Shown in pieces: positions 1 through 9,472 of a stretch of DNA of 64,000 bases. The notes under the pieces are model-generated. The model was not told the origin of the DNA. It saw only the letters and a list, made by a program, of their open reading frames with translations, and did not search any database. The DNA is taken from assembly GCA_040755995.1 (NCBI GenBank), contig JBFMAF010000055.1:224001-288000 (forward strand). The letters run 5' to 3'. A program made the translations under genes and the position numbers. Position 1 is the first letter of the stretch, and every line of letters begins with the position of its first letter. The stretch is from Acidobacteriota bacterium. Its GTDB lineage: Bacteria > Acidobacteriota > CAIWXX01.

Positions 1-287
1 TCATCGACGTTGAGAGCGCAGATCGTCGTATGACCGCAGACCAGGCACACAAACACTCGATTACCGGCCGATTTGGCCTTCGCGAGGGCCGACAGCTCGT
101 CTGGCGCGAAGACGAACTGCCAAGGTGACCGCTTGGTCTTTCGGTACTTCGTGAACACCTGCCGATCCGTGTTCACGAGATAGTGCCCGTAGCGCTTGGA
201 TGCTCGGTTGAGCGCCTTGAAGGAGGGATGCTCGACGATCTGCATCAAGGCGGGGCCGTGGTAGACATCCTGCTCCTGGATCTTCAT
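1..287 (-). CDS. Hypothetical cassette protein, runs off window start (MKIQEQDVYHGPALMQIVEHPSFKALN...)
   Basis: ATG at 287 with AAGGAG RBS, open to base 1; lies directly downstream of the attI-like site and Pc promoter. Not in the supplied ORF track. Confidence 0.75.
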   Translation of the reverse strand, partial: MKIQEQDVYHGPALMQIVEHPSFKALNRASKRYGHYLVNTDRQVFTKYRKTKRSPWQFVFAPDELSALAKAKSAGNRVFVCLVCGHTTICALNVD

Positions 288-309
288 GCGCAGCTCCTTT
301 CGTCCATGC

Positions 310-366
310 GGCGAACCAATGTCTAGATGCTTTCCGGATAAACCCGGTTTCTTGCCCTTCCTTCCA
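310..366 (-). other. attI-like site, type A, copy 1
   Basis: Core GTTCGCC on minus strand; homologous to 6434-6490, with similarity stopping exactly at the AAC/GTT crossover triplet. Confidence 0.65.
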
Positions 367-367
367 G

Positions 368-396
368 ATGATACGCCGCGTAAGAAACCGCGTCAA
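368..396 (-). promoter_or_regulatory. Pc-like sigma70 promoter facing the cassette
   Basis: TTGACG-17bp-TATCAT on minus strand. Confidence 0.75.
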
Positions 397-427
397 CTTG
401 TTTGCCATCAAGGACTTGCGGAACTCT

Positions 428-943
428 TGAGGCCTTTCCAGCTTCTTGGATGGTTTCCGCATAGCATGAATCGCTTCTTTCCTCACAGGGTGTCCGCTGG
501 GCTTGGGGCCTCGCGGACTCAGAACGTCTGTATTGATAGTGCTGGTCCGGAACTGTGCGTTGCTGCCCCCTTTCTCTCCTTGGCCAGAAGCATCGACAAA
601 CCTCAAACGAAGACATCGAACTCTCTATTTGATAAGTGTCATGACCCCATGAGTATCTTGGTTTCCGTTGCCCTGGGCTCGCTTCCAAGGGCCGCGATTC
701 TATGGGAGCACCTTCCCTAACCTCCAGCCCAGACATCCCCCTGGAGGGCGAGCCCGTGTCGGCCACCTCGGTTGGGCGTGGACCGTCTCGCGGGTCTGGT
801 CGTCAACAGTGACCATGACGCCATATGCCTTGTCACTCTTGTACTTCGCCGGGACCGTGACGGTGAACCTGCTCGCCGGGGCCTCGTGGCGGAGACACGG
901 AGAGGAATCTGCTCAGTCGCCGCCGGATCGTGTCAGTCGCAGG
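428..943. repeat. Segment X copy 1 (non-transposase repeat fused to IS110 remnant)
   Basis: Diverged homology to 11123-11716 and 14876-15340; identical junction to the transposase at GGGATCGACAGCGAG. Confidence 0.8.
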
Positions 944-1549
944 GATCGACAGCGAGCTCGGTCTCGCGGATTCAATCGAGCACGTGATTCGCGAGATGGA
1001 GCAGACACTCATTCAAGCAGCATGGCAGGAGGATCGAGCTCGACTGTTGATGACGCTGTCCGGGATCGACTTCTGCGGCGCACAGTCACCGATAGCGGCG
1101 ATGGGATATCTCAGGCGGTTCGTGGATGGGGACCACTTCGCAAGCTATCTCGGGTTGGTGCCTGCGACGCGGGCGTCGGCGAATCACTGTTACCACGGGC
1201 CGATCACGAAATAGGGGCGGAGTCACACCCGATGGACGCTGATTCAGGCCGCACAGCACCTGGCCGATCATCCCGGACCGTTGGGACAGTTCTTCCGCCG
1301 GTTGCTCAAGAAGAACAATCGCAACATCCCTGTCGTGGCGGTGGCGAGGAAACTGGCCGTGATCGCGTACCACATGCTCAAGAACAACGAGCCCTACCGG
1401 TACGCACTGCCGGATTCAACCGGGCAAAAGCTGGCGCGCCTCCGATCCCAGGCGACAGGCCAAAGGCGTCTGCGAAGAGGAGACCAGCGCTGGGGGCCAA
1501 CACGGCCCCCAGTGGTCGATCACTGGAGTTGCGATCCTCAGAGGTATTC
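944..1549 (+). mobile_element. IS110-family remnant 1 (C-terminal transposase domain, nonsense codon, internal deletion, downstream end)
   Basis: FASYLGLVP..RASANHCYHGPITK*GRSH...VAVARKL motif; TAG at 1212-1214; jumps to the downstream non-coding end near 1468. Confidence 0.9.
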
Positions 1550-1568
1550 GTTGGGCCCCGCCCCACTT

Positions 1569-2069
1569 CTAGAAGTAGACGATCTCACCAGTGGGGATGT
1601 AGCACCTGATGTAGGACCGCGTGCTTTCCGGGAATCGGTCGTTGAGAGGATGAAGCAGTTCCTCGATGACTGTGCCGAGATCTACGCGGGTCGGTACCTG
1701 TACCGTGAATTCGCGAATGCCGTAACTGTCTCGGGTGTAGTCCCGTATCAGGGTGAGCTCGCCGTTCTTGACCAGGATTGTCATTCCGATTGGGGTGCCT
1801 TCCACGGAGCTGACTGTTGTGGAAAGGCCGAAAGAACCCCTGCCCGAGAGATAGACATCGAGGAAGCGTTGGCGCTGAGCAGACTCGGATGAGGTTGACA
1901 GAGGTTCAATGGCCGGATCATGAAGGGCAGCGGGCGTTCGGAAAGCACGATGGTACAGACCCTTGGCCGGGCCGTAGAACTGCATGGCAGAGACGAGCAC
2001 CAGGAAGAGAGCCGCTAGGACCGCAGAAACGGCGAGGAGGATTCGGTATGGCTTCGGGAGGGCTGCCAT
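1569..2069 (-). CDS. Hypothetical membrane-anchored cassette protein
   Basis: 166 aa ORF with N-terminal hydrophobic helix; bounded by R' GTTAGGC (2088-2082) and R'' GCCCAAC (1556-1550). Confidence 0.75.
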   Translation of the reverse strand: MAALPKPYRILLAVSAVLAALFLVLVSAMQFYGPAKGLYHRAFRTPAALHDPAIEPLSTSSESAQRQRFLDVYLSGRGSFGLSTTVSSVEGTPIGMTILVKNGELTLIRDYTRDSYGIREFTVQVPTRVDLGTVIEELLHPLNDRFPESTRSYIRCYIPTGEIVYF

Positions 2070-2081
2070 GTATGCCCGGGG

Positions 2082-2153
2082 GCCTAACGCGGCGGCTCAC
2101 CTGCCGGGATGAAGCGCAGCGGGATCCTGGGCAGGTGCAGCCGCTTGTTGGGC
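2082..2153 (-). other. attC site
   Basis: Minus strand GCCCAAC-AAGCGGCTGCACCTGCC...GGCAGGTGAGCCGCCGC-GTTAGGC; imperfect palindrome with the extra base in the L'' arm. Confidence 0.92.
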
Positions 2154-2306
2154 CTCCCTCAGTCTCTGCCGCCTAATCAGTCTGGGGCCTGCCAAGAGTT
2201 GCCGCTTTCGCAAATCCTCAAAAATGGCATGGACATCGTAGTTGAATTGTCTCGCGAGTTGCTCGCGTACCCGCCGAACTTCGGAAACAATCGGGTCCTC
2301 CGACAT
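2097..2306 (-). CDS. Small protein, probable partner/antitoxin of the PIN gene
   Basis: 69 aa (MSEDPIVSEVRRVREQLARQFNYDVHAIFEDLR), starts 4 bp after the PIN stop and ends inside attC. Confidence 0.7.
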   Translation of the reverse strand: MSEDPIVSEVRRVREQLARQFNYDVHAIFEDLRKRQLLAGPRLIRRQRLREAQQAAAPAQDPAALHPGR

Positions 2307-2310
2307 TGCA

Positions 2311-2781
2311 CTACCCTCCCATCAATTCTTCGGGCGTGCAGATCACCGGCATGTCGTACCCTTTCTGGTTGCACACAACTGCAACCCGCCGAATGACCTG
2401 CGCGTTGGCGAGATGCCTGCAGTTCCACGTCAACAGGTAGTCCATCTGGCTGACGGTGGCAACCGCAATGTGCGCTGCATCCCGCACAGCACTCGGTGGT
2501 ATGGCTCCGCTCTCCATGATCCTCGCTGCAAGCGATTCTGCCTCCTCTGTGACTTCAAGCACTGGGAAGTCGCTGATCATTTGGATTCGGGCCTTCGCCT
2601 CATCGGGGTCGCCAGCAGCCCCTTCATCGAGTACAACCTGGGAAACGTAGCACTCGAATTCCCGACGCCGTTCAATCCACCAGTCCTTGGTGGCCTGTTG
2701 ATGGGCCGCCACAAGAAGGTCCCGACTGGGACGAGCGACAAGATAGCTTATGAAGGTCGTCTCGATGTAAACGGTCTCCAT
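2311..2781 (-). CDS. PIN-domain (VapC-like) toxin
   Basis: VYIETTFISYL...VVLDE...DAAHIAVA...LLTWNCRHLAN PIN motifs. Confidence 0.88.
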   Translation of the reverse strand: METVYIETTFISYLVARPSRDLLVAAHQQATKDWWIERRREFECYVSQVVLDEGAAGDPDEAKARIQMISDFPVLEVTEEAESLAARIMESGAIPPSAVRDAAHIAVATVSQMDYLLTWNCRHLANAQVIRRVAVVCNQKGYDMPVICTPEELMGG

Positions 2782-2806
2782 GGTTCCACGCTATTCAATC
2801 TATTCT

Positions 2807-2942
2807 ATCACGAAGGGCCCTCCTTCCCTGGTCGAACACCGATCATCTCGGACCGTTGGGACAGTTCTTCCGAGGGTTGCCCAAGAAGAAGAATCGCAAC
2901 ATCGCCGTCGTGGCGGTGGCGAGGAAACTGGCCGTGATTGCG
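2807..2942 (+). mobile_element. IS110 remnant 2 (short internal fragment)
   Basis: GPLGQFFRGLPKKKNRNIAVVAVARKLAVIA, matching the other copies. Confidence 0.85.
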
Positions 2943-3164
2943 GCCGGCGCACGTCAGCCAGGGCACGTAGCCGATGAACGTCTGGAGTCCCCTCACCCAA
3001 GGCGACTGTTGATCGAAGATGACCTGTTCCCGTCCCATCAACCAGGCCGCAATCGCCAGCCAGTGCCACTCGAGGAGGATCAAGAGCACGAATGTGGCTA
3101 CGCCCAAGAGACCGAAGACGAGGACATCCTTCTGCTGCAGCGAAATGTTGGGCGGTTCAGTCAT
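2943..3164 (-). pseudogene. Membrane protein truncated by IS110 remnant
   Basis: Hydrophobic N-terminal ORF ([21 protein letters not shown]...) reads through into antisense IS110 sequence. Confidence 0.5.
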
Positions 3165-3169
3165 TCAGA

Positions 3170-3549
3170 TCAAAACAGAAGGAGTGCGGGTGTCGTACCT
3201 GGTTTGATTCCAGCCGTCTCCAGCCGTTGAACCAGGCGGATGATCTGTTGTCTGATTTCCTGCGCGTCGAACGGGCGGCCCTGGGCGGAAAGTAGGGTGC
3301 CTCCGAGCCGAGATCGTGCATGCCGAGCTGCCTTGAGCATCGCGTCGTGGACCGCGAGGGGGGCGGGGCTCCGCGGAACTGAATACCCGAAGACCAAATC
3401 CGCGGTGTGTACACGTCCAGCCGCGATTTCCTCGGGAAGAAGTAACCGGGAGGCGTAGAAGTCCAAACGCTGAAGAGGTGGTCTCCGCCAGACTCTCCGC
3501 TTGGATTGTCGAGATGGAAAATGTCCATGTCGCCCCAGGGCAGGCCCAA
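3170..3549 (-). pseudogene. ZipA C-terminal-like domain gene, frameshifted
   Basis: [24 protein letters not shown] / [32 protein letters not shown] is split over two frames and resembles the ZipA_C pattern. Confidence 0.55.
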
Positions 3550-3565
3550 GGAGTTTGTGAAAGCC

Positions 3566-3643
3566 GCCTGACGTCGAGCGTCACCCTCGGTTCACCTGGC
3601 GTCCGCGCCGGTTGAACGGTAGTGGTCCTCGATCTTGTTGGGA
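3566..3643 (-). other. attC site (R' variant GTCAGGC)
   Basis: Minus TCCCAAC...hairpin...GTCAGGC; the R'' TCCCAAC complements the GTTGGGA that opens the FKBP cassette. Confidence 0.75.
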
Positions 3644-4461
3644 GGTTCTCGTCTCTTTGATGCCGCCTCGTGTTCAAGCAGTTCACCTATCCACTTCAAC
3701 AGCGGCGACTCTTTCAATGCTTGGCTGGTTTCCGCCAACGAGTAGTACACGACCCACTGGCCGCGTTCCATTACTCCGATGGTTAAGCAGAGTGAGTTGG
3801 TCGCCCGATCTCTGGTGATCGCATTGCCTGACTCCGCCATGTCTGCCCATAGTTCTTCGTGTCGGAAGCAGTCCGTTGGATAGCGCTTTGGCAACGCTGC
3901 GGCGTCGACGAGGAGTGAGCGTGCCGTCTCAGCGTCCACGTTCGCGTCGAGATGTGAGTGGCTTGCGTGGCGCCAAGGCATCCCCGGAATGGAATGCGTG
4001 AGAGATACGCCAGAACGTCCGTCCTCCTCAAGACCAAATTGCCACCGAGGCTGATTGCGAGCGGCGATTCCGGGGTGAAACACGAAGAGGTGTTTGCCGG
4101 GGGGGTAGTCCTCCGGTTTTCTGACGCCTGACTCTCGGACGTCGAGGAGTTCCACGACGGCATGGATCACCGCGTTGGGCGGCACATAGCCTGGTATCCC
4201 GGATGCGCCGTAGGCCAAATGCGGACTGATCTTCAGTTCTCGGATTCCACCAACACGCATTCCCTCAATTCCGTACCTCAAACCGGCAATGCAGTCTCGT
4301 CGCTTCAGGTCTACTACCATCCGCGGGTCACCCGTGAGTGTGCCCGTCAGTTCCGTGCCGTGATTGAGAAACAAGCGGACGTTGGCGGCCACCGTCTTCC
4401 CGTGCACAGCTTCTTCGCCTGTGCCGATCACAATGTCTTTTGCCTTCACACCCGAACGCAT
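3592..4461 (-). CDS. FKBP-type peptidyl-prolyl isomerase with unknown C-terminal domain (cassette)
   Basis: DIVIGTG..IAGLRYGIEGMRVGGIRELKISPHLAYG..VPPNAVIHAVVELL; ATG at 4461 preferred because the longer start lies in attC. Confidence 0.85.
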   Translation of the reverse strand: MRSGVKAKDIVIGTGEEAVHGKTVAANVRLFLNHGTELTGTLTGDPRMVVDLKRRDCIAGLRYGIEGMRVGGIRELKISPHLAYGASGIPGYVPPNAVIHAVVELLDVRESGVRKPEDYPPGKHLFVFHPGIAARNQPRWQFGLEEDGRSGVSLTHSIPGMPWRHASHSHLDANVDAETARSLLVDAAALPKRYPTDCFRHEELWADMAESGNAITRDRATNSLCLTIGVMERGQWVVYYSLAETSQALKESPLLKWIGELLEHEAASKRREPPNKIEDHYRSTGADAR

Positions 4462-4488
4462 TCTGTCCCTACCTGCTTTCTCCGCTGT

Positions 4489-4552
4489 TCCCAACGAATA
4501 GCCTCAGCGACGCCGGCCCGTGGCCGGCGTCCAGTGGAGCGTGTTCTTGAAC
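4489..4552 (-). other. attC site with degenerate R''
   Basis: Central GACGCCGGCC/GGCCGGCGTC hairpin; R' GTTGGGA; R'' position reads GTTCAAG. Confidence 0.7.
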
Positions 4553-4616
4553 TGAGCCGCTGGCGCGCCAGTTTCGTGTTCATTCACTTCCGCCTGGGAA
4601 TCAAGCATAGTAGACC
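4547..4616 (+). mobile_element. Orphan end of tyrosine-recombinase element (copy of 17077-17146)
   Basis: TTGAACTGAGCCGCTGGCGCG...TTCACTTCCGCC.GGGAATCAA.CAT.GTAGACC shared with 17077-17146. Confidence 0.7.
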
Positions 4617-4620
4617 CCAA

Positions 4621-5041
4621 GACCACTTCGCAAGCTATCTCGGGTTGGTGCCTGCACCGCGGGCGTCGGCGAATCACTGTTACCACAGGCCGATCACGAA
4701 GCAGGGGCGCACTCATACCCGATGGATGTCGATTAAGGCGGCACAGCACCTGGCCGATCATCCCGGACCGTTGGGACAGTTCTTCCGACGGTTGCTCAAG
4801 AAGAAGAATCGCAACATCGCCGTCGTGGCGGTGGCGAGGAAGCCGGCCGTGATCGCGCACCACATGCTCAAGAACAACGAGCCCTACCGGTACGCACTGC
4901 CGGATTCAACCGGCCAAAAGCTGGCGCGCCTCCGATCCCAGACGACAGGCCAAAGGCGCAAGAGCGGACAATCGAAGGAGGCTGCCGAGAAGCGACGAGT
5001 CGGAACGCGGAGCCGCACGGTGCCCTCACTCGCAACGGTCT
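4621..5041 (+). mobile_element. IS110 remnant 3
   Basis: DHFASYLGLVP...RSRTVPSLATV; both ends truncated. Confidence 0.9.
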
Positions 5042-5053
5042 TCTCAGGGTTCA

Positions 5054-6439
5054 CTATTGGCGCCCTCGCGGCTTCAGTAGCGTTCGCAGCCTTCTTGCAA
5101 TGAGGTGTATCTGTCGGTCGGGCCTTACCGCGTTGAAGGCGAGCTCCGCACATGCGTCGACGACGCGCGCCTCATCCTGCTTCCCCCGAAGGATGCACAG
5201 CCACTCTAGGATTTGTAATATGGCAACCATCAGATGAGCCGTATGATAGGAGCTTGGCGACGAGAACTCGGTTCGCAACGCCTCAAACGCTCGTTCAGCC
5301 TCCGCGAGTTTTCCCAAGGCCAAGTAACCCCTGCAGGTCGCCCCAAGAGCGTTAAGACGCCGGTGCCAGTATTCCTGGCTGTGCGGCTCTGACTTCCACT
5401 GCTCCAGCCTGCCCTCCAGCTTCGCAAGGAGCCGAGGGACCGAGGGCAGCCCTGGTCTGCTCCACAGTGCTGGGTAGGATGCGGCATTCAGTGCCTCAGT
5501 GGCGCGAATAATCTGGTCCTTCAGCGGCCGCCTCGACGCACTGCCCTCCTCGAATAGCTTCTGGCATCTCGCCCAGTCGGCATTGGAGGGATTCTCCATG
5601 CATCGCAGGAGTTCCACGAAAGCCTTTTCATATTTGGCTACCGGCATGCTGTGGCCGTCAAGCTGCTTCAAGGCCTCCGACGCCTCCTTTGATTTGCCGA
5701 GGCGTCGGAGAACACGTGCCTTCTTCAAGACCAATTCAGGAAGAACGGCGGGTCGAACGAGGGAGATCTGACGCGAGCCGAGGAGCTCCCTTACGATCTG
5801 GAGAGCGCGGTCCGGCTCTCCGCCTTCTATGAGTCGTTCTGCATCCTGGAGGCTTCGCGACGCAATCGCCTCGGTCGGGTTAACAGTCGTGGCGAGGAGC
5901 CACTCGCGGACACCTGTCCAGGGTGGCTTGGTGTACTTGATGGCTGGGCCTGCAAGGTTCCGCACGACTGAGCACCCTCTCTTCCCGAATTGCACCGCGC
6001 CCACTCTGTCGAGTCTCCCAAAGTCCAAGAGCGTCAGGCGCAGCGGAGTGGGGCCGCGATTCCTATGCCTGCATTCGACGAGACAGAGAACAACGGGCAG
6101 ACGCTGCAGCAACCAGTATTCATGGTGGCGCTCCCTCGCGCTGAACGCGATCTTGTCCCCGGGGCGGTCGAAGCTTGCGGCGCTCGTCTTCACCTGAAGC
6201 AGGATGTGCCCCATCGGGCGCTCCGTTGCCGGTAGCTCGACTGCGGCGTCGATGCCGATGTCCTGACCGGTCAACTCTCGCCAGATGAAGCCCGTTTCGA
6301 CGGCGCAACGGTGGACGTAAGCTACGCCGAGTCGATCGATTAGATCACTACCAGGATGTTCCGGAGTATTGGCGAGTGACGCATTGCGTCGACGTTGGAT
6401 CAGCAGGCTCCCACTCTGCTCGTGGATCCGGGCGCCCAA
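5054..6439 (-). CDS. DUF4365-like PD-(D/E)xK nuclease domain plus helical/TPR-like region (start uncertain)
   Basis: LGVAYV..GFIWRE..QDIGIDAAVEL..LLQVKTS motif with an all-helical C-terminus; first gene after attI-A copy 2. Confidence 0.75.
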   Translation of the reverse strand: MGARIHEQSGSLLIQRRRNASLANTPEHPGSDLIDRLGVAYVHRCAVETGFIWRELTGQDIGIDAAVELPATERPMGHILLQVKTSAASFDRPGDKIAFSARERHHEYWLLQRLPVVLCLVECRHRNRGPTPLRLTLLDFGRLDRVGAVQFGKRGCSVVRNLAGPAIKYTKPPWTGVREWLLATTVNPTEAIASRSLQDAERLIEGGEPDRALQIVRELLGSRQISLVRPAVLPELVLKKARVLRRLGKSKEASEALKQLDGHSMPVAKYEKAFVELLRCMENPSNADWARCQKLFEEGSASRRPLKDQIIRATEALNAASYPALWSRPGLPSVPRLLAKLEGRLEQWKSEPHSQEYWHRRLNALGATCRGYLALGKLAEAERAFEALRTEFSSPSSYHTAHLMVAILQILEWLCILRGKQDEARVVDACAELAFNAVRPDRQIHLIARRLRTLLKPRGRQ

Positions 6440-6490
6440 CCAATGTTCATGTGGTTTCCAGATAGACCCCGTCTCTTACCTTTCCATCGA
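6434..6490 (-). other. attI-like site, type A, copy 2
   Basis: GTTGGGC core; homologous to 310-366 only on the promoter side of the GTT. Confidence 0.7.
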
Positions 6491-6491
6491 G

Positions 6492-6520
6492 ATAGTACAC
6501 GGCGTACGGCCCCGTGTCAA
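6492..6520 (-). promoter_or_regulatory. Pc-like sigma70 promoter
   Basis: TTGACA-17bp-TACTAT on minus strand, at the same position as 368-396. Confidence 0.8.
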
Positions 6521-6574
6521 CGTGACTGGCATGAAACCATGAAGCAGTAATTCCTGTTCCGCTACAATCTCAGC

Positions 6575-7704
6575 GGCTGGTCTCGTGTATCGGACCGGAC
6601 GAGGGTGAAGAACCGGATCCACTCAATCCTGGCTCAACGGTTGATCGCGGTTCCCTTCAAGCAACTCTACTCACCGAAGGGGATTCAGTGGCTCCGGAAT
6701 CTGGCACTGGAGCGAGATGACCGGCAGGCGATCGACAGCGAGCTCAGGCCCCTAGATTCAATCGAGCACGAGATTCGCGAGACGGAGCAGACACTCATTC
6801 AGGCAGCATGGCAGGAGGATCGAGTTCGACTGTTGATGACGCGGTTCGGGATCGACTTCTGCGGCGCACAGTCATTGATAGAGGCGATGGGAGATCTCAG
6901 CCGATTCACGGATCGGGACCACTTCGCAAGCCATCTCGGGTTGGTGCCGTCGACGGGGGCGTCAGCGAATCACTGTCACCACGGGCCGATCACGAAGCAG
7001 GGGCGGAGTCAAACCCGATGGATGTTGATTCAGGCTGCACAGCACCTGGCCGATCATCCCGGACCGTTGGGACAGTTCTACGGAGGGGTGCCCAAGAAGA
7101 AGAATCGCAACATCGCCGTCGTGGCGGTGGCGAGGAAGCTGGCCGTGATCGCCTACCACATGCTCAAGAACAACCAGCCCTACCGGTACGCAATGCCGGA
7201 TTCAACCGGGCAAAAGCTGGTGCATCTCCGATCCCAGGCGACAGGCCAAAGGCGCAGGACCGGACCATCGAAGGAAGCTGCCGAGAACCGACGGGTCGGA
7301 GCGCAGAGCCGCACGGTGCCCTAACTCGCAACGGTCTACCAGCGTGAGGGAGTGCCCGCACTCCGAGCCCCCGAGTCGCTGCCGGCTGGCGAGAAGCGCA
7401 TGATCGAGGAACGCAAACTTCGACCGTTCAACCAGACTATCGACACCGCGCAAAGACACGAACAGAAGAGCCCCCACCGGCCGAATGCAGTCGCGAGTGT
7501 GAACTGAGATGAGAGATCTGCTGCGCCTCGACGACACGAGCCGACAGGCTCCTGAACATGACGCATCGAGGGCCCGCAACGACCGAGGCTCCCGTCTGCC
7601 AGGCTCACCGAATCAAGGATTCGTCTGTCAAGAAGAGACCACCGCTGGGGGCCTGTACGGCCCCCAGTGGCCGATCACAGGAGTTGCAATCCTCAGAGGT
7701 ATTC
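6575..7704 (+). mobile_element. IS110 remnant 4 (longest; no N-terminal DEDD domain, premature stop, about 200 bp downstream non-coding end)
   Basis: RTRVKNRIHSILAQ...ARKLAVIAYHMLK; TAA at 7322-7324; natural stop at 7505-7507. Confidence 0.92.
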
Positions 7705-7712
7705 GTTCGAAG

Positions 7713-8564
7713 CTACTTCCGCAAATCCGGTACAAGCTCTGAGAGCCTTAACGATGGCTTCATCTTCCGAGGCCATTGAATCCCTCTCCTGGGTGTCCTC
7801 GTCCAGAAGCTTATCTTGTACTGCTCCAAGTCAAAGTGGACCTTGACGTCGTCGTTCTTGCCGTGAGCGTGATCGGATCTGCACGTCAGAAGAAGCGGAA
7901 CACCGAGACCGTGAGCAAACCCAACCTCGAAGTAGACTGATGGTCTTGCATACGTGAGGTCGGCGATTGCACAAGCACACTCCGTGATGCCCTCCAGAAT
8001 CGCCTCGGTAATGGTCTGCTTGGGTTCGGTCATATCTACTCGCACAGGCTCGTAACCCAAACTGGCGCATGCCGGAGCAAGTTGGTTGTCGTAAAGCATG
8101 TCTATATCCGAATGACCGAATGCACAAGCCACAAAGACGTTGGCTCGCCGCTCTGGCGCCGGGCGGAGAACGAGTCGCCGCTCCTCCTTGATGCTATTGG
8201 CAACTCGCTTGCCTTCGTGGGTGAGTTCAACAGCGACTTCTGAGAGGCTCCCATACGGAAGTAATAGCTTCTCCCCTGTGTCGCGCCGCGCCAAACCTGT
8301 ATAGCCTGGCCTCTGGATGAGCCCAACGGCAATGAGACCTTCCACAGTTCGCTCAAGCTCGGACAGCTTCGGCCTGTCAAGCGCGAAAAAGCGATCTTCC
8401 CGCGCTCTGTCCGCGACGACCCGAATAAAGGCGGAGAAATCCGACTCGGCAAAATCAACTGCCTTTACGACTCGCTGCAATGTCGGGAATGGGATGCTGC
8501 CCGTCTCCCCGAGTATGCGAAGCACCAATCTCTGGGGCCGATTCAATCGGATGTTGACTTTCAT
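7713..8564 (-). CDS. Nucleoside 2-deoxyribosyltransferase/TIR-like C-terminal domain protein (cassette)
   Basis: VFVACAF..GYEPVRVD..IADLTYARPSVYFEVGFAHGLG..HFDL motif. Confidence 0.8.
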   Translation of the reverse strand: MKVNIRLNRPQRLVLRILGETGSIPFPTLQRVVKAVDFAESDFSAFIRVVADRAREDRFFALDRPKLSELERTVEGLIAVGLIQRPGYTGLARRDTGEKLLLPYGSLSEVAVELTHEGKRVANSIKEERRLVLRPAPERRANVFVACAFGHSDIDMLYDNQLAPACASLGYEPVRVDMTEPKQTITEAILEGITECACAIADLTYARPSVYFEVGFAHGLGVPLLLTCRSDHAHGKNDDVKVHFDLEQYKISFWTRTPRRGIQWPRKMKPSLRLSELVPDLRK

Positions 8565-8579
8565 TCAGGTTCCTCATTG

Positions 8580-8638
8580 CTTCAACGTCGCGGATCACGC
8601 GCGGCTACAAGCCGTCGCGTGCATCCGGCTTGTTGGGC
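8580..8638 (-). other. attC site (59 bp)
   Basis: Minus GCCCAAC-AAGCCGGATGCACGCG...CGCGTGATCCGCGAC-GTTGAAG. Confidence 0.92.
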
Positions 8639-8640
8639 AC

Positions 8641-9381
8641 TCACATCCCTGTTCGGAGTTCATCGTCATCCTTGAAGAAATCCCGCAACTCTGGAGCGTG
8701 GCGGAGGGTGAAGTCCTTCGCTTCCCGAAGAAGCATGGACCTGTCTTCGGTCTTGAATCGGTGTTCTGGAAAAGGCCAGCCTGTGAGTTCGATTGCACCT
8801 TGGTGCACAACCAGCGTGCGCCATGCCGGCGCTTCCGTTGGGATCGTTCCAACCCGCTGCTGCACCGATTTGGGCGAGTCACCGCGTTGCGCGCAGTTCT
8901 GCTCCGTCTTCTTCTCGAGGTCCTTCCAATCAAACATCTCCGCGAGAGGCGTAGACGACGGATTCAAGACAAGCACGTGCGGAACACCCACGGCATCCTT
9001 GATCTCGGCAATGCCAAGCATGGCAGGCAAGACAGGCGCATACAGCTCCGCCTTTGCGACATCCGCATCAAGATTGTGTAGGATCAGGCATTGCCATACG
9101 CCACGAACCGTGAAGAAGAGGACTCTTGCCGTCGGGAACCATTCCATCTTCTCGGGGGCGCACGGTATCTGACGACATGAATCGCCCAGCGTTGTAAGGA
9201 CGCTGTGCAGTTCTCTCCGCAACTTCGGATGCGCGTACAGTGGATCATCGGACTCTCGACGGGGACCTTCGGGCCGAAGTCGATACGGATCGATGGATAC
9301 GGCGTCATTCCGAATCAGATCCGCCAACGGCCCCTTGCCTACGCCTCCAGGGCCGACGATGATGAGTGTCTTCTTGATCAT
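8641..9381 (-). CDS. P-loop nucleotide-kinase-like protein (cassette)
   Basis: N-terminal IIVGPGGVGKG Walker A of guanylate/NMP kinase type. Confidence 0.7.
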   Translation of the reverse strand: MIKKTLIIVGPGGVGKGPLADLIRNDAVSIDPYRLRPEGPRRESDDPLYAHPKLRRELHSVLTTLGDSCRQIPCAPEKMEWFPTARVLFFTVRGVWQCLILHNLDADVAKAELYAPVLPAMLGIAEIKDAVGVPHVLVLNPSSTPLAEMFDWKDLEKKTEQNCAQRGDSPKSVQQRVGTIPTEAPAWRTLVVHQGAIELTGWPFPEHRFKTEDRSMLLREAKDFTLRHAPELRDFFKDDDELRTGM

Positions 9382-9395
9382 GATGTTCCCTCTAT

Positions 9396-9452
9396 GCCCA
9401 ACGTACGGCTCACCGGTGAGCGAAGCGAATGCAGGGCAGCCGATTGATGGGC
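9396..9452 (-). other. attC site (R'' variant GCCCATC)
   Basis: Minus GCCCATC-AATCGGCTGCCC...GGTGAGCCGTAC-GTTGGGC. Confidence 0.8.
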
Positions 9453-9472
9453 GCCGACTTCCACACCAGCTC

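Noticed and set aside
1468..1556. IS110 downstream end as an attC or a group IIC-attC intron end
   Set aside because: There is no symmetric R''-L''-L'-R' fold, and the AAC near 1500 is absent in other copies. No intron domain V/VI or reverse transcriptase is visible.
61..1609. ORFs 61-606, 286-720, 323-766 and 668-1609
   Set aside because: They cross attI, segment X and IS sequence, and their frames are not conserved between repeat copies.
2082..9452. Cassette array oriented on the plus strand
   Set aside because: The extra-base asymmetry of the attC arms and the R'/R'' complementarity both make the minus strand the top strand.
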